A stretch of 64,000 nucleotides of DNA from contig CM119266.1 of NCBI GenBank assembly GCA_051294375.1, positions 13,877,614 through 13,941,613 on the forward strand, read 5' to 3'. The stretch comes from Paraspadella gotoi. Lineage: Eukaryota; Animalia; Chaetognatha. Position numbers and translations under genes: made by a program. Shown here piece by piece: positions 1 to 14,169 of this stretch. The notes below the pieces were generated by a model, which worked only from the letters and a program-made list of their open reading frames with translations, did no database searches and was not told the origin of the DNA. Numbering within the stretch: the first letter of the stretch is position 1; each line of letters begins with the position of its first letter.

Positions 1-48
1 GTTTGAATAATTTTAAAAGGAAGAAGCGCCAGACGTCCGTGACAAGGG

Positions 49-61
49 AGAGAGAGAGAGA

Positions 62-131
<70 letters not shown>

Positions 132-162
132 GAGAGAGAGAGAGGAGAGGGAGAGAGAAAGA

Positions 163-205
<43 letters not shown>
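49..205. repeat. (AG)n microsatellite, representative of dozens of AG/CT tracts in the window
   Basis: Direct reading. Similar tracts at about 980-1065, 2570-2645, 3240-3300, 3388-3457, 6236-6326, 6685-6757, 8582-8660, 9004-9090, 11675-11930, 41095-41212, 41435-41515 and 62597-62700. They generate the SLSLSL/RERERE ORFs in the track. Confidence 0.98.
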
Positions 206-979
206 AGAAAAAAAATGGCGGATGGTAATTTAGTTAAATGATCCTTGGGATTAGTATAAACTCGTCCTTGGCGGAGAAAGGAGGAAGAGAACGGGGCGGG
301 TCCCTGCTCCAGTGGGGAGGGCGGTGAGCGATGGTTTGAGATGGGTAAGTTCCTTATCCTCGAAAATAGATTCTTTTTTATGGCTCTTTTTAATATTTAA
401 TGTTTAACCGAAAAATAGTCGAGGAAGTTTTTTTTTTATCGCGATTTTTTTTTGACAACTACGTCGCACGTGAGTTTAACTTTTAAATATAATATATATG
501 GAGTGGGGCAACAAACGATAAAGAAAAAATAGAAATAAAATTGAAAAATAGAAAACACACGGCAGTCAAACAAAATAACGTAGAAATGTGGGGATCGGAA
601 GTAAAAAAAAAGCAAATGCTAAGACATGTACATTTTACATAACGGTCTAACCGAAAACCTTTTTTGATTTTTTTGGGTTGTTGTTGTTGTCTGGAACTCT
701 CGCCGTCAAAACTCAAAAGGTCGTCGGATATTCCGTTTAAACGCAATTCGGTAAAGTTGCAATGATGTCAACGGTGGTGAAACGTAAGCTTCACAGCGCC
801 AATAAGGTGACGAAGCAGCGATGCATTTTCTACGCAGCAGCGCCGTATCTACGACGCTACAGAGCAGCCTCTCCGACGCAGCGGTGTCAAAGACGACGCA
901 ATCGCTCGACGTCGACCCTCCTACGTGGCCTCGATCTCCTTCGATTCCTCATTCCTCCCTTCGCTTACCCGCAATTAAC

Positions 980-1012
<33 letters not shown>

Positions 1013-1028
1013 TCTTTCTCTCCTTCCT

Positions 1029-1062
<34 letters not shown>

Positions 1063-2132
1063 TTTCTCTGTTTGTCAAAAGGGCAACGCGACGATTCGGA
1101 AATTGCAATTGAGTGAGCTCTCGCAGTCTCATTGTAAAACAACTGCGATGCAAACGCGATCCGACGCAAACAAACTTGGCTCGAGGCGGCCAAGGGTTCA
1201 AACCAACTGGATGGGCTGATAAAGAAACCGTTTTCCCTGTCCTCCCCCCCCCCATCTACCAATTCTCTAGCTCCGTTATACGTCAAGAACCTTATCTTTT
1301 GTTTTGGGCACTTAGAAGGAAATTATATCGCCTTTTCCTACGCCCCCCCTCTTCTTTTGCGTTCTTTACCGACTGTTCCTTTGTTCTTTTTCTCCGTCTT
1401 CGGGAGTCGAGCGGCAGAGGGCTTTTGTTTAACCTTGTTTATGTTCCTGTTTTGTTTACTTTTACTTCCATTACCGATTTATCTTCATTTCTTTTTTTCC
1501 GTCTTTTTTTATTTCGTTCTTTCTTATTTTCTTTTTTTTTTTCTTGGTTTATAAAATGGGTCGATGTGACTGGTGCGGTGTTACACATTAAGAAGTATAA
1601 AACAACTACCACTAAATACTAAAATTATCCTAATATAAAAACGAATGAAGAAAATTATATTTTATTCGGTCTTTAGGTACAATTTTAGAGAATTTTATTT
1701 TGTTCGCGATGTAATTACAAGTTATGCCTCTTTTTGTCATTTTTAGACATTGTGATTAATTTTTATAAAATAATATTGGATAAAAAATATATAATAAATA
1801 AATACGGATTTAATTCCGTTGCAATAGAAAAATAATTTCCTTTCCATTAATTCGTCGCCATCTTTTTTAGAAACATCAATCGCACGGCGACCTCGGCACG
1901 AACTCCTCTAAACGCGTAAGGAATCCAGATGAAATAAGGTTTATTTGATATACAAGCAAAGGAAATATATTTATACGATGACCCGGATACGAGTCGCATT
2001 TCGTCGCGAATTTCTTCTCTTTTTTTCTTTTCATCTTTCGCTCCATTTATTTCCCACTTTTTTCCCTCTTCTTTTCCTTTTTTTCCTTTTTTTTTNNNNN
2101 NNNNNNNNNNNNNNNNNNNNAAGAAGAGAGAT

Positions 2133-2597
2133 TTAATTAATGAATGCATTATTTTGTTTTAAAGTAAGAATAATTAAGACATTAATATGTCAAAAAATAA
2201 CGAACAGAAATGAAAGGAAAAAATATAAACAAATTGGATTTTCATTTCGCAAAAATAAACAATTATGTAGTGGAATGGACACTGATATAGGAGGACGGGG
2301 AAAACACAATACACATTGACGACGTTATAGCAAAACGGACTGGTTCCATGTTCATGTCAATTATCTTCTTTCCTTCTTACTTTCCCTTCGGATCTTCTTG
2401 TGCTCTTCATTCCTTTTAACGAAAAATTCGGGTAAGAATCGGTTTTTGCACTGTTCTGACCTTTGCTTTGACTTTCTGCGATTCAATAAATATTGAGCTA
2501 AATTTTTTTCTTGTCTTTGCGAATACTCTGGAACATGTTGGGAGAGGGGTGGGGGGGAGGGATGGAGTAGAGAGAGAGAGAGAGAGAAGAGAGAGAT

Positions 2598-2648
<51 letters not shown>

Positions 2649-3382
2649 CATGTCACCGAAATCGGAAGCCTCGATTGGCGGAAGACTCAGCCGAGATAGA
2701 GTCGTATCGATGAGACTTTTGAATCTTTCGAAGATGAAATCGTAACCGCGGATAAAAGAAGAAAGCGATCCTGGCGGAATTTTGGAAGAAGATGGCGGGG
2801 ATGATGGATTTGACGGAGATGGAGGAGCTGGAGAGATGACGGGGAGGAAGGATTGGGGAGAATCCCCGGAGACGGTCTACAGAGAAGTGTAGTGAAAGAG
2901 GGTCCGTTGATTAATAGAAGAAAATTGGGTTAAACTTGAAGAAGGATGAAAGGTGAAGTTTGACCCAATTGCCATGGCATTAAAATACGATAAAAGGATG
3001 TTTAAGAAACGGTTAATAAATTAGCAATTTTAAAAAAAGGAATAATAATAGGTAAATAATTGTGTGGAGACCATGTTATTATAAGTGCATTTTCGTTGTG
3101 ATTCGTTTTTTCCTTCTTTTTTTTGCTTTTTTGTCTTTAAATTACTGTTTCTGATCTCCAGTTAAAATCCTCGCTTCCTCCAACCTTTTCTTTTTGCCCT
3201 TTTGACACAAGGCAAGACTTTTTACCTCGGAGTTCTTCTCTCTCTCTCTCTTCTCTCTCTCTCTCTGCTCTCTCTCTCTCTCTCTCTGCTCTCTCTCTCT
3301 CCACTTTTCCTTCGTTCCTGTATCTGTCATGTTCAATATGCGAATTTCCTGTAGAAAAGAGGAGGATTTAAGATGAAGGGAG

Positions 3383-3461
<79 letters not shown>

Positions 3462-6253
3462 TGAGGGGAAAGATTAGCATAAAAACCGTGGGAGGAGAGA
3501 GAAGTGAAGGTTAATTTATAATTATTAGTGTTGTATTAGAATAAGAAACGTAGTCATGAAGTATTAATATTCTATTGTATTACAAATCAAAAAACCACAT
3601 ATTTTCCGATCATACTTGACCAAACCCATCCGAAAAAATAGCAGAGGAAGAAAAAAGGTAAGTTCAACTCTCCGAAAAGATCCGAAGTCGATAGAGACGA
3701 ATAAACGAAAAATAAAGGATGAGAGAGGGCGCTAGGATAAACCGAAACATAAACCGACGGAACTGCGGGCGCCACGAAGAAAGAGTAAGGCCCAGACATA
3801 GAAGCGTAAAAAAAAAAAGAGCTACCGCCCGACGAATTTCGTGGGTAAATAACTCCGAGGGTCTCCCGAGACCGGTGGGCGATTTGGGGGGGGGGGGACG
3901 CAAGAAATATTCCCCTCGGCGTCGTTCGAGGGCGTAGGTAAAATATTTCGTATTTGCTTAGCCTTACTCTATTTTTTAATGATATTCTCTCGTGTTTATT
4001 TTGTCATAGGACAAAGGTGGGGGCGATGCGGGAGAGAGAGAGAGGAAGAAAGGCGGGATGAGGGGGTGGGGTTGGGGGGGGGTTTGGGTCGTTTTGGTTG
4101 GCGATCAAATCGATCTGTGACGGAGGAAAATGGCACTATAGCCTATAGTATAGGAATTTAAACGTTTAGCCTTTTGGAAAATAAAAAAAAAAAGAAAAAT
4201 ATGTACAAAAAAAATAAAAAAAACCGACAAAATGTCAGGTAGTCAAAGAAAGCACACAAAGTCACAGACATCTCAACGAATGAGACAAAAGAGTAGAACG
4301 GAACTGGCTGACTTTCATGCGCAGGTCTCCGCTCTTGAGATGAAACTCCATTAAAACGGAAAGAATCCAATAACGTCAAATGTAATTGTAAAATCAATTT
4401 GAATGGCGTCATTCCCCGACGGAGTCATGAAATGAAGGAGACTCGCAGGATTCCCTCTCATTTGTCAATTTTTTTTCATGACGTTAGTTATTGATTTTTT
4501 TTGAAAGTTACGTATTGCATTTTTTTTTTAATACGTGACGCGTATCGTGAAAATGCCAGAGTCGATGTGTTTCATCTCTACTATAATTCCTATCATCCTT
4601 ATTTTTCAAAGGTTTCTTTTTTTTTTCTCGCGCTCTTTGCGCTTTTATTCCGTCTCGCTCTTTGTTTCTATTCTTTGATTAAATGTTTAATGTATCTTTA
4701 ATGTAGGTTCGTATATAAAGTTGATGGATATCTAAAAAATGAGAAAAATACGAAGTCGTAGATGTAGAAAGAAAAAAGAATATCAAAACGAGAACATAAA
4801 AAAGAAAAAAAAACTAATGGAAAAAAACGGAGACAAGCGAAAAGAAAGAGCAGAAAAGAAGAAAAAAAGGGGAAAACGTTTTACGAAGCGGCTGGCTTTT
4901 ATTGAGGCGGAGCCATTTAAGATATGGAGATGTCGTCCGGAGACTTTGACCAAAAGTTCGGCGACGAGAGAGAGCGGAGGGGATGAAGGGGGGGGGTCAG
5001 TTGGAGGAAAGTGGAGGAAAGAAAAGGGAGGAAAGGAAAAAAGGTGAGGCGGTCGAGGAAGATTGCATAGTGGCGTGGTCGAAATTTCCCACGACCAAAA
5101 ATCTCATACAGTAGTCGATAAATTTGAGATGTACGGATCTTTTACGACATGCAATCCCAGCGCGGTGGTTTGGACGAGTTACTAGGGTTCGGTGTGGTTA
5201 TGATGGGAAGTTCTAGGGAGGTGAAGAAGGTTAGATTGGACAACCGATTCTCCGACACGACGACCGCTTTATAAAGAGTTAATAAAAATCGGGCAGAACA
5301 CGTAATGGAGGCAATAAATAATACAAGGTAGAAAGAATCCTGCAAAAAAAAAAAAAATGACCAAAATCTCTGTCTTCTTCTCTTCTCTTCTTCTTCTTCT
5401 TCTCTTCTCGCTAAAAGGTTATAAAGGAAGAGGCGACGATAATGTTCCGTGGGGTCGGAAGAGACCACTTTTCTTTCTTTCTTTCTTTTCTTTTCTTTCT
5501 TTCTTTTCTTTCTTTTCTTTCTTTTCTTTCTCTTTCTTTTCTTTCTTTCTTTTCTTTTCTTTCTTTTTTTAAAATTTCCCGACCAAAAAAAAGAAAGAAA
5601 AGAGAGAGCCGTGGACAAAGTGGCGCGTCGTGTTCTGGCAAATTATAGAGAAATACGACGCCACGATCGCCAAAACAACGATCGAACAAATTCCGTTCGC
5701 CAAACCTTTTTTTTTTCAATTGTACTCGATGTCGCAGGCATTATGTTTAAAAAAGACGAGACCCACGTAAGGATTCTTGTCAAGAGGTTATTACTATCGC
5801 CATGAGAATTCTTCTTATTATTATTATTATTATTATTATTATTCTATTGACTATCGCCATGAGATTCGAGGAGTACGCCTCTTCTATATTAAGGGGATGA
5901 AAATCGAAATGAGTTTTCCTTCTCATGTAAAAAGTCAATTCGTTCTTTCGTTTTTCTCGTTTCGACTTTGGCTTAGGTTTTTTTTTGCGCGCCATTAAAG
6001 CCGCTTTCCTCCGATAACGATTTTTTAAAGAAAATTAAGCTAGCTGATTATATCGAATTTTTTTAACTACTTTCCCAAATGATTATAGAAGATAAGAATC
6101 ATAGGGTCAGAACCAGCTTAAGTTAAAGTGTCAAACGTTATGCTTTCAGCTTTTTACCCCCCTGGTCACTTGGTCCCCCAAATCTTAAAACAACCAAAAT
6201 ATTATTAATATGTTTGCAAAGAATGATGGGAAAGAAGAGAGAGAGAGATGAGG

Positions 6254-6330
<77 letters not shown>

Positions 6331-6593
6331 GACGGGCAGAGAACAGAAGAAACCCATAAAACGGCGACGTCGAAGTCTATGGAAAAACGGGGGAACGATT
6401 CTGGCCGCGAGAAGCCGCCACCGATTCGAGACAAAAGGCCAACGAAATGGCAATTACATCCGCGCCGTTACGGAGTCGCATTCGTTTTCACTGCCGGGGA
6501 TAGAGAGAAGGTGAGAAAAGCAAATTTAAAAGAAAAAAAATTCAATCGCTTCATTGTCATCGGACTGTGACGACCTAGAGCAAGTCGAAATTA

Positions 6594-6636
<43 letters not shown>

Positions 6637-6696
6637 ATTATTATATTATTATTATTATTAATTATAAGGACAATTTCTCAGTTCTCTCTCTCTCTT

Positions 6697-6758
<62 letters not shown>

Positions 6759-7533
6759 ATGATTGAGTCGTGATGATAAGGAATTAAATTACTGGAATGA
6801 TACTAGACGAAAAGTTAATGTGGACTAAATATATAAAATAAATTGTTGAAAAAGCAAAAACAAAAATCTTAGCGGTAAACAAACTTGCAAAAGAGAGGGA
6901 GAGGAGATATTTCAAATCGGTGTTCCAAATATACAAAGCTATTTCGAATGCAATGTTTAATAAAATAAACCAATGTCGATATTTTGTATAAATTATTTAT
7001 TAAAAACATTTTTTATGCAATAGTAAATAGAAATTAATTGTTTGAAAAAAAAAAATTTGGCAAAAAATCTAAGAAAAAGAAATTTAAAAAAAAAAACAGA
7101 TATATTTAAAAAATTTTTGTTGACTCGATTGCGACAAAATTTACCCCATTTTATGCGCGATGAATCTCACCGTCTTTCTTTTTTCATTATTTTTTCTCGT
7201 GCCTCTTCCTTCTCCCTTTCTCACTGCAGATCGAAAATGGCGTCTTCCTCCGAGGGCAAGAGAGGGAGAGTCAAACCGCTGTTGCCCAAAAACGCACCAT
7301 TTTCTGACGGCTTCGACAGGGTTAAAAGGTGAGTTTTCAAGGTTTAAGGGTTCGCGGAACCCGGATTTGATTCGCAATGGCTAGGAGAGTTTACTTTGGG
7401 GTTGTTGCATCCCCGTGAAGAAACGGCTTCGGGGTAGCGGGTAAGGGTATTAAGTTCAGGGAAAACGTTTGGCCGGACGGACATAAAATCCTCGGACTAA
7501 TGGACGTTGAGGGCAAACGACGAAGACAACGCG

Positions 7534-7545
<12 letters not shown>
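2133..7545 (+). repeat. Left arm of a ~5.4-kb inverted duplication (reverse complement of 7775-12856 and 15030-15220)
   Basis: Colinear reverse-complement matches, e.g. 7021 tagtaaatagaaattaattgtttg vs 8281-8304; 5991 gccattaaagccgctttcctccgat vs 9175-9199; 2740 cgtaaccgcgg vs ~12408; 2345-2525 vs 12675-12856; 2133-2325 vs 15030-15220. Confidence 0.95.
7230..7328 (+). CDS. Candidate first coding exon (MASSSEGKRGRVKPLLPKNAPFSDGFDRVK...), left-arm copy; product unknown
   Basis: Polypyrimidine tract plus ctgcAG acceptor ending at 7229, aaaATGGCG start context at 7237, and a canonical AAG|GTGAGT donor at 7329. Confidence 0.55.
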
Positions 7546-7565
<20 letters not shown>

Positions 7566-7991
7566 TGCCAGGTCAAGGACGAGAAAAGCGGGGAAAATAA
7601 AATAGAGATCGTTCCCTTTTTAGAGAGGAAAGAGGGGGAAGCGGGGGTTTTAAGGCAGGGGGGATGAGGAGGGCGGCTGTGAAACTAGCGAGGCTGAGTT
7701 AGCGCAAGCGAGCGTGGGATATTTTTTTTGTGGGGGGAGTAAATCGGGAGAATCCGGAGATTCGTCGCGAGGAAGTCGTCGTCGTCCGCGTTGTCTTCGT
7801 CGTTTGCCCTCAACGTCCATTAGTCCGAGGAATTTTAGTCCGTCCGGCCAAACGTTTTCCCTGAACTTCCCTTACCCGCCTTACCCCGAAGCCCGTTTCT
7901 TCAACGGGGATGCAACAACCCCAAAGTAAACTCTCCCTAGCCATTGCGAATCAAATCCGGGTTCCGCGAACCCTTAACCTTGAAAACTCAC

Positions 7992-8095
7992 CTTTTTAAA
8001 CCCTGTCGAAGCCGTCAGAAAGTGGGTGCGTTTTTGGGCAACAGCGGTTGACTCTCCCCTCTCTTGCCCCTCGGGAGGAAGACGCCATTTTCGAT
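7992..8095 (-). CDS. Same candidate exon, right-arm (inverted) copy, with small indels
   Basis: Reverse complement of 7230-7328. actcac (GTGAGT donor) at 7986-7991 and ctgcag acceptor at 8096-8101. Confidence 0.5.
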
Positions 8096-8598
8096 CTGCA
8101 GTGAGAAAGGGAGAAAGGAAAGAGGCACGAGAAAAAATAATGAAAAAAGAAAGACGGTGAGATTCATCGCGCATAAAATGGGGTAAATTTTGTCGCAATC
8201 GAGTCAACAAAAATTTTTTAAATATATCTGGTTTTTTTTTAAATTTCTTTTTCTTAGATTTTTTGCCAAATTTTTTTTTTCAAACAATTAATTTCTATTT
8301 ACTATTGCATAAAAAAGGTTTTTAATAAATAATTTATACAAAATATCGACATTGGTTTATTTTATTAAACATTGCATTCGAAATAGGCTTTTGTAGATTT
8401 GGAACACCGATTTGAAAATATATCCTCTCCCTCTCTTTTGCAAGTTTGTTTACCGCTAAGATTTTTGTTTTTTGCTTTTTCAAACAATTTATTTATATAT
8501 TTAGTCCACATTTACTTTTCGTCTAGTATCATTCCAAGTAATTTAATTCCTTTTATCATCACTGACTCAAATCATCTTAAAGGAGAGAGAGGAGAGAT

Positions 8599-8647
<49 letters not shown>

Positions 8648-9013
8648 AAGAGAGAGAGAGAACTGAGAAATTGTCCTTATATTAATAATTAATATATATA
8701 TAATAATATAATAAAATATAATAATAATTTTTCGACTTGCCTCTACGGTCGTCACAGTCCGATGACAATGAAGCGATTGAATTTTTTTTCTTTTAATTTG
8801 CTTTTCTCACCTTCTCTCTATCCCCGGCAGTGAAAACGAATGCGACTCCGTTAACGGCGCGGGATGTAATTGCCATTTCGTTGGCCTTTTGTCTCGAATC
8901 GGTGGCGGCTTCTCGCGGCCAGAATCGGTTTCCCCCGTTTTTCTTCATAGACTTCGACGTCGCCGTTTTTATGGTTTCTTCTGTCTCTGCCCGTCTATCT
9001 CCCTCTCTCTCTC

Positions 9014-9071
<58 letters not shown>

Positions 9072-11671
9072 CTCTCCTCTCTCTCTCTCTTCTTTCCCCC
9101 CATTGTCTTTACAAACATATTAATAGAATTTTTTTTGTATTTAAGATTAATAACGATTTTTAAAAAAAATCGTATCGGAGGAAAGCGGCTTTAATGGCGC
9201 GCCCAAAAAAAAAAACCTAAGCCAAAGTCGAAACGAGAAAAACGAAGAAACGAATTGACTTTTTACATGAGAAGGAAAACTCATTCCGATTTTCATCCCC
9301 CTTAATATAGAAGAGGCGTACTCCCTCGAATCTCATGGCGATAGTAATAAGAATAATAANNNNNNNNNNAATAATAATAAGAAGAATCTCATGGCGATAG
9401 TAATAACCTCTTGACAAGAATCCTTACGTGGGTCTCGTCTTTTTTAACTAATGCCTGCGACATCGAGTATAATTGAAAAAAAAAAAAAGGTTTGGCGAAC
9501 GGAATTTGTTCGATCGTTGTCTTTGGCGATCGTGGCGTCGTATTTCTCTATAATTTGCCAGAACACGACCGCGCCCACTTTGTCCACCGGCTTTCTCTTT
9601 TCTTTCTTTTTTTTTGGTTCGGCGAAATTTTAAAAAAAGAAAGAAAAGAAAGAAAAGTGGTCTCTTCCGACCCCGCGGAACATTATCGTCGCCCTCTTCC
9701 TTTATAACCTTTTAGCGAAGAAGAAGAAGAAGAAGAAGACAGAGTTTTTGGTCATTTTTTTTTTTTTTTTGCAGGATTTCCTTTCGACCTTGTATTATTT
9801 ATTGGCCTCCATTTCGTGTTCTGCCCGATTTTTATTAACTCTTTATAACGCGGTCGTCGTGTCGGAGAATCGGTTGGCCAATCTAACCTTCTTCACCTAC
9901 CCTAGAACTTCCCCATCATAACCACACCGAACCCTAGTAACTCGTCCAAACCACCGCGCTGGGATTGCCATGTCGTAAAAGATCCGTACATCTCAAATTT
10001 ATCGACTACTGTATGAGATTTTGGTCGGTGGAAATTTCGACCACGCCACTATGCAATCTTTCCTCGACCCGCCTCACCTTTTTCCTTTCCTCCTTTTCTT
10101 TCCTCCACTTTCCTCCAACTGACCCCCTCCCCTTCATCCCCTCCGCCTCTCTCTCCGTCGCCGAACTTTTGGTCAAAGTCTCTGGACGACATCTCCATAT
10201 CTTAAATGGCTCCGCCTCAATAAAAGCCAGCCGCTTCGTAAAACGTTTTCCCCCTTTTTTTCTTCTTTTCTGCTCTTTTCTTTTCGCTTGTCTCCGTTTT
10301 TTTTTTCCATTAGTTTTTTTTCTTTTTTATGTTCCTCGTTTTGATATTCTTTTTTCTTTCTACATCTACGACTTCGTATTTATCTCATTTTTTAGATATC
10401 CATCAACTTTGTAAAGGCTACCGCTTATCTTTTATATACGAACCTACATTAAAGAAACATTAAACATTAATCAAAGAATAGAAAACAAAAGAGCGAGACG
10501 GATAAAAGCGCAAGAGCGCGAGAGAAAAAAAAAGAAACCTTTGAAAAATAAGGACGATAGGAATTATAGTAGAGATGAAACACATCGACTCTGGCATTTT
10601 CACGATACGCGTCACGATTAAAAAAAAAATGCAATAACGTAACTTTTCAAAAAAATCCAATAAACTAACGTCATGAAAAAAAATTGACAAATGAGAGGGA
10701 ATCCTGCGAGTCTCCTTCCATTTCATGACTCCGTCGGGATTAATGACGCCATTTCAAATTGATTTTACAATTACATTTGACGTTATTGGATTCTTTCCGT
10801 TTTAATGGAGTTTCATCTCAAGAGCGGAGACCTGCGCATGAAAGTCAGCCAGTCCGTTCTACTCTTTTGTCTCATTTCGTTGAGATGTCTGTGACTTTGT
10901 GTGCTTTCTTTGACTACCTGACATTTTGTCGGTTTTTTTTTGTACATGATTTTTCTTTTTTTTTTTATTTTCCAAAAGGCTAAACGTTTAAATTCCTATA
11001 CTATAGGCTATAGTGCCATTTTCCTCCGTCCACAGAGATCGATTTGATCGCCAACCCCCCCCCCCCCAACCCCCCCCCTCATCCCGCCTTTCTTCTCTCT
11101 CTCTCTCTCCGCATCGCCCCACCTTTGTCCTATGACAAAATACACGAAGAAATATCATTAAAAAATAGAGGTAAGGCTAAGCAAATACGAAATAATTTTA
11201 CCTACGCCCTCGAACGACGCCGAGGGGAATATTTCTTGCGTCCCCCCCCCCCCAAATCGCCACCGGTCTAGGGAGACCCTCGAGTATTTACCCACGAAAT
11301 TCGTCGGGCGGTAGCTCTTTTTTTTTTACCTTCTATGTCTGGCCTTACTCTTCTCTCGTGCGCCGCATTCCGTCGTTATGTTTCGGTTTATCCTAGCGCC
11401 CTCTCTCATCCTTTATTTTTCGTTTATTCGTCTTTATCGACTTCGGATCTTTTCGGAGAGTTGAACTTACCTTTTTTCTTTCCTCTGCTATTTTTTCGAT
11501 GGGTTTGGTCAAGTATGATCGGAAAATATTGTGGTTTTTTGATTTGTAATACAATAGGCCATATTTAATACTTCATGACTACCGTTTCTTATTCTAATAC
11601 AAACACTAATATTTATAATTAACCTTCACTTCTCTCTCCTCCCACGGTTTTTATGCTAATCTTCCCCTCAA

Positions 11672-11753
<82 letters not shown>

Positions 11754-11833
11754 CCTCCCTCCCTTCATCTTAATCCTCCTCTTTTCTTACAGGAAATTCG
11801 ATTTGAACGGACAGATACAGGAACGAAGGAAAA

Positions 11834-11928
<95 letters not shown>

Positions 11929-12282
11929 AGAACTCCGAGGTAACAAGTCTTGCTGTGTCAAAAGGGCAAAAGAAAAGGTTGGAGGAAGCGAGGATTTTAA
12001 CTGGAGACAAGAAACGTAATAAAAAGACAAAAAAGAAAAAAAAGAAGAAAACGAATCACAATACGAAAATGCACTTATAATAACATGGTCTCCACACATT
12101 ATTTTACCTATTATTATTCCTTTTTTTTTAAAATTGCTAATTTATTAACCGTTTCTTAAACATCCTTTTATCGTATTTTAATGCCATGGTCATTGGTCAA
12201 ACTTCTACCTTTTCATCCTCTTCAAGTTTAACCCAATTTTCTCTATAATCAACGGACCCTCTTTCACTACACTTCTCTGTAG

Positions 12283-12461
12283 CACCGTCTCCGGGTTTCT
12301 CCCCATCCTTCCTCCCCGTCATCTTCTCCAGCTCCTCCATCTCCGTCAACTCCATCATCCCCCGCCATCTTCTTCCCAATAATTCCGCCAGGATCGCTTC
12401 TTCTTTTCCGCGGTTACGATTTCATCTCGAAAAGTTCAAAGTCTCATCGATCGACTCTTCT
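12283..12461 (+). CDS. Possible Pro/Ser-rich exon running into an N-gap (HRLRVSPHPSSPSSSPAPPSPSTPSSPAIFFP...)
   Basis: cttctctgtAG acceptor at 12281-12282 followed by an open P/S-rich frame similar in composition to the downstream gene. Could be untranslated. Confidence 0.25.
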
Positions 12462-12866
12462 NNNNNNNNNNNNNNNNNNNNNNNNNNNNNNNNNNNNNNN
12501 NNNNNNNNNNNNNNNNNNNNNNNNNNNNNNNNNNNNNNNNNNNNNNNNNNNNNNNNNNNNNNNNNNNNNNNNNNNNNNNNNNNNNNNNNNNNNNNNNNNN
12601 NNNNNNNNNNNNNNNNNNNNNNNNNNNNNNNNNNNNNNNNNNNNNNNNNNNNNNNNNNNNNNNNNNNNNNNNNNTATTCTGCCAAAGACAAGAAAAAAAT
12701 TTGGCTCAATATTTTTATGAATCGGCAGAAAGTCAAAGCAAAGGTCAGACAAGCAAAACGATTCTTCCCGAATTTTTCGTTAAAAGGGAATGAGGCACGA
12801 GAAGATCCGAAGGGAAAGTAAGAAAGGAAAGAAGAAATTGACATGAACATGGAACANNNNNNNNNN

Positions 12867-13115
12867 GAGCCGGGACGGGATACTGGTGTGGCGAGTGGAT
12901 TGTCGGCCTCACAAAAACCGGAAACTCCCACAAAACGCGACTGTTCGTCGTCTTTTACCCTAAATTTTCAGTTAGAATCTTGTGTGGGGATAGAGAAAAA
13001 GAGTCGAGACATTGTCAGAGAAAGAAAAAGTGAGAGAGAGATATAAAAAGAAATAGAAAGAGAGAGAAAGAAAGAGAGAAGGGGAAACAGGGAGAGTATG
13101 AGAGAGAAAGAGAGA
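12867..13115 (+). repeat. Near-exact direct duplicate of about 15787-16030, isolated between two N-gaps
   Basis: gagccgggacgggatactggtgtggcgagtggattgtcggcctcacaaaaaccgg... occurs at both positions. Confidence 0.95.
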
Positions 13116-13140
13116 NNNNNNNNNNNNNNNNNNNNNNNNN

Positions 13141-14113
13141 CAAAACGGGACATGCTTCCATGTTCATAGGTCAATTTCTTCTTTTCCTTCTCTTACTTTC
13201 CCTTCGGATTTGCTCGTGCCCCTCATTCCCTGTTTAACTGGAAAATTTCGCCGGAAGAATCGTTGTTGCTTGTTGCGACCTTTGCTTTGGACTTTTCTGC
13301 GAATCATAAAAATATTGAGCCAAATTTTTCTTGTCTTCTGGCCAGAATACCTGCTGGAACATGTTGTGGAGAGGGAGGGAGGAGGGAATGGAGAGAGAGA
13401 GAGAGACGTGAGTAGACGAAGATGAGAGACGACGACGAGAGAGAGGAGAGAGAGAGAGCAGAGAGCAGGAGAGAGAGAAAGAAAGACAGAGCAGTCACCT
13501 GAAATGGAAGCCCGATGGCGGAAACGACTCGCCGAGAAAGAGTACGATCGATGCAGGACTCTTGCACTTTTCGCAGCATCAGAAATCGTAACCGCGAGAA
13601 AGAGAAGCGATCTCTGGCGGAATTATTGGAAGAAGATGGACGGGGGTCATGATGGAGTTGACGGAGATGGAGAGAGCTTGGAGAAGAGATCGACGGGAGG
13701 AAGGATGGAGAGAAACCGGAGACGGTGCTACAGAGAAGTGTAGTGAAGAGGTTCCGTCTTATTATAGAGAAAATGGACCCGTTAAAACTTTGAAGAGGAT
13801 GAAAAGGATAGAAGTTTTGACCAATGACCATGGGGCCATTAAATACCGATAAAAAGGATGTTTAAGAAACGGTTAATTAAATTAGCAATTTATAAAAAAA
13901 AGGAATAATACATAGGTAAAATAATGTGTGGAGACCATGTTATATAAGTGCATTTTCGTATTGTGATTCTTGTTTCTTCTTTTTTTCTTTTTGTCTTCTG
14001 TTATTACGCTTTCTGGTCTCCAGTTAAGATCCTCGGCTTCCTGCCAACCTGTGTTCTTTGCCCTTTGGAACAGCAAGACTTGTACCTCGGAGTTCTTTCT
14101 CTCTCGTCTCTCT

Positions 14114-14169
<56 letters not shown>

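Larger units (their letters stand above)
7775..12856 (-). repeat. Right arm of the inverted duplication (spacer about 7546-7774)
   Basis: Begins gtcgtcgtcgtccgcgttgtcttcg, the reverse complement of about 7521-7545. Stays colinear across the gaps at 9360-9369 and 12462-12674. Confidence 0.95.

Noticed and set aside
640-1230. Possible minus-strand exons (LNGISDDLLSFDGESSRQQQQPKK; acceptor-like tttctttatcag near 1218)
   Set aside because: No consistent donor, frame or recognisable motif; cannot be supported without transcripts.
762-6570. Many 60-170-aa ORFs made of SLSL, RERE, FFLS or KKER runs (also throughout the window)
   Set aside because: They are translations of AG/CT, TTTC and poly-A/T microsatellites, which lack stop codons.
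12197-12379. Minus-strand ORF MGRRWRGMMELTEMEELEK...
   Set aside because: It is the purine-rich antisense of a C/T-rich candidate exon, has no supporting splice signals, and its frame is not conserved across the three copies.
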